Virus record (IMG/VR): IMGVR_UViG_3300009095_001069
Location: 1 to 27,165 of that record
DNA: 27,165 bases
Strand: one strand, 5' to 3'
From: a virus
Taxonomy: Duplodnaviria > Caudoviricetes
The number at the start of each line of letters is the position of its first letter. Position 1 is the stretch's first letter. Position numbers and translations under genes: made by a program. The notes below the pieces were generated by a model. That model ran no database searches. It was not told where the DNA came from and saw only the letters and a program-made list of their open reading frames with translations. Positions 25,362 to 27,165 of this stretch are shown here, one piece after another.

Positions 25362-27011
25362 TCAAAGTCTCTTCATTTCCTCAACCGTCATTGCAGGACG
25401 TTTCAAGTCCACACGGAAACAGGTAACGGTCTTGTTCCCCCTCTTAACGGGGTTCCTTGTGTGAACCTCCATGTATCGACGTTCTTTGATTCCCAACGTC
25501 TGCACCAACTCCTTATTGACGGAGTGAATCCCCCTGCCCTCTTCCACCATCTTGTCCCGTAAACGTCGGAACTCTTCATTCACGGCAGAGTCACCGGCAG
25601 GAAATACCACGATCTGTTCAAGGTGTTTCTGCATCAACCTCTGAATCTGTAGCCGTTCCGATTCGTTCCAATCATTCAAGATACCCGTAATATCCACACC
25701 AACGGTTGCAGAATCAGTCAGTTCATCCAACAGAGACTTCTTTGATTTGATGGTATCACGAATCTTGGACCGTTCAACCGTCAGAACGTTGATACGTTTA
25801 ATTGTGTCTGAGGGGTCCAAGAGGGTTTCAACCAATACATTCAACTTTTCAATACGATTGGTTATGTCCTCAACCTTGGCCTGCAATGATTCAATTTCCT
25901 TCTTAATCGGTATGTTCAATTCTGACTTACGTTCAATAATAACGTCTTTCAGTTCAGACAACAACGGACGTTCATAATCAAATTTACTCCAACCATGACG
26001 GATACACCCTTGGTTATTAAAGGCATTCCAACAGATAAGGGAATGGGAATGAAACAACCCCATAGTTCCCCCACAGTATCCACACTTAAACAATCCATCC
26101 CAAAGATTACTTCCAGTCCGTATATTGGGTTTACCCACCCTCTTTGGATGAACAGACAAACGGGATTGGACGGTGTAAAAGTCCGTTTCTGATACTATGG
26201 ATGGATAATACCCTTGGACAACATCCCCAGTTTTCACCCTTTTTCCGTCCTCACGTTTAGCCGTATGCAACTCCCCGATTACGGCAGGATTCTTCAAAAG
26301 GTTTTTCACAATCTGAGGATACCAAGCCAAACCATTAACGGTTTTCTCCCCCTTCTTATTCAGGTAGTTTGAAATGGACTTATACCCATACCCATCTTCA
26401 AGGAATAACTTAAACATCAACCGTATCTGATCGGCCTTGTCTTCAATAACCGTGAATTCCTCCCCTTTCAGTTTCAACCAAGAGGGGTAAGAGGTTTTAA
26501 TTTTGATTCCGGTCTGTGCCTTTCTCCGTGCCGATTCCCATGCCTTTTTCAATCGGTCTTGTTTCTTGGCCGATTCCTCATTTGCGAGGGCAAACGAAAG
26601 AACCATCATCATAATCTGGCTTATGTCCTTACGGATACTCTCAGAGGTGTATTTGTGACCGTCCGCAATGGAAACCACCGTTACCCCCCTTTCACAGATA
26701 TCCCGTAAAAGGTTCATGGCTGAAATCACGTCCTCACGACTCAGACGGTCCAGACGTTCAATTAGGAGGTAGGAGGGGGTTTCAATCTTTCCAAGGTCAA
26801 CACCTTGGATGAATGCGGAAAGGGCTGATCTGGGGTCTTTGTTGTGACCCTTGAAGGCTGACACCCCCAAATCCCGAAACGTTTCCGTGCTAAGTGTGAT
26901 CCCTTCCCTCTTGCAGAAGTCCTCTGCCATCTGCATCTGACGGTTGATTCCGTCCCGTGTTTCCTTGGCCTGTTGGGCTGAACTGACACGTAAGTAACTG
27001 TAAGCCTTCAT
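25362..27011 (-). CDS. Large serine recombinase/integrase (549 aa from ATG 27011)
   Basis: [11 protein letters not shown] catalytic Ser motif, ERLDRLSR, recombinase domain, CGYCG zinc ribbon, coiled coil; AAGGA RBS. Confidence 0.95.
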   Translation of the reverse strand: MKAYSYLRVSSAQQAKETRDGINRQMQMAEDFCKREGITLSTETFRDLGVSAFKGHNKDPRSALSAFIQGVDLGKIETPSYLLIERLDRLSREDVISAMNLLRDICERGVTVVSIADGHKYTSESIRKDISQIMMMVLSFALANEESAKKQDRLKKAWESARRKAQTGIKIKTSYPSWLKLKGEEFTVIEDKADQIRLMFKLFLEDGYGYKSISNYLNKKGEKTVNGLAWYPQIVKNLLKNPAVIGELHTAKREDGKRVKTGDVVQGYYPSIVSETDFYTVQSRLSVHPKRVGKPNIRTGSNLWDGLFKCGYCGGTMGLFHSHSLICWNAFNNQGCIRHGWSKFDYERPLLSELKDVIIERKSELNIPIKKEIESLQAKVEDITNRIEKLNVLVETLLDPSDTIKRINVLTVERSKIRDTIKSKKSLLDELTDSATVGVDITGILNDWNESERLQIQRLMQKHLEQIVVFPAGDSAVNEEFRRLRDKMVEEGRGIHSVNKELVQTLGIKERRYMEVHTRNPVKRGNKTVTCFRVDLKRPAMTVEEMKRL

Positions 27012-27041
27012 TTTGATTGGTCCTTTTGGTTGATGGTTAGT

Positions 27042-27091
27042 TACTGTCAATATCCGAAAACGTTCCCCTGCGGCTTCATGCTCGTCGCGGC
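27042..27091. other. Right attachment junction (phage arm + CC core 27066-27067 + host arm)
   Basis: TACTGTCAATA tccgaaaacgttc CC ctgcggcttc. The 13-nt spacing mirrors the left arm. Confidence 0.88.
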
Positions 27092-27165
27092 GATGAACCC
27101 CTGCCCCTGCGGCTACCTCGGCGACCCCAAACACGAATGCCGCTGCTCGCCCGCGCAGATCCAAC
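27066..27165 (+). pseudogene. comM: 3' portion of interrupted host comM (continues beyond window)
   Basis: Reads [33 protein letters not shown] (AAMNPCPCG signature). In frame with the left fragment when joined at CC. Confidence 0.93.

Larger units (their letters stand above)
124..27067. mobile_element. Temperate tailed prophage, ~26.9 kb, lambda-like head module, integrated in comM
   Basis: Sharp GC drop at both junctions, split host gene, serine integrase at one end, terminase/portal/capsid/tail gene set, no obvious broken genes. Confidence 0.95.

Noticed and set aside
25050-25562. 170-aa plus-strand ORF
   Set aside because: Antisense to the integrase end and crosses its terminator and a promoter; no recognisable features.
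673-27011. Stop-codon reassignment
   Set aside because: Genes are full length and tightly packed under the standard code.
27042-27052. TTGACA inside the att inverted repeats as a -35 element
   Set aside because: No plausible -10 at 16-18 nt on either arm; better explained as an integrase-binding site.
27012-27164. 51-aa N-terminal extension of the integrase in the ORF track
   Set aside because: It is mostly the antisense of host comM plus the att arm. The catalytic domain begins at [11 protein letters not shown], which has its own RBS.

Overview
The window holds one apparently complete ~26.9 kb temperate prophage (124-27067). It is AT-rich by eye and is inserted into a GC-rich host comM/yifB gene (Mg-chelatase-like AAA+ ATPase). 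A large serine recombinase sits at the right end. Joining the ends at a shared CC dinucleotide restores the comM frame (KITLP|[15 protein letters not shown]) and gives a symmetric attP with 11-bp inverted repeats. The left ~15 kb is a minus-strand lambda-type morphogenesis module: TerS, GpA-type TerL, gpW-like protein, portal, protease/scaffold, capsid, head-tail proteins, a small tail tube, tape measure and a repeat-rich fibre. The right part encodes a gp55/sigma70-region-2-like sigma factor, a divergent family-A polymerase-like protein, two HNH and one GIY-YIG nucleases, two lipoproteins, a thermonuclease coupled to a HEPN/Zn-finger gene, and an H-NS-like/HTH protein. The most striking signal is a TATATTTA(A/T) motif, found about 18 times and mostly 4-7 nt before lytic-gene start codons, including the sigma gene itself. 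It often lies inside hairpins that bury the start codon. Accessory genes lack it, and several have TTGAC-type promoters instead. I recognise no CI-type repressor and no endolysin. The host may be a verrucomicrobium (Opitutaceae-like); this is an inference. All calls come from reading motifs by eye, with no database searches.
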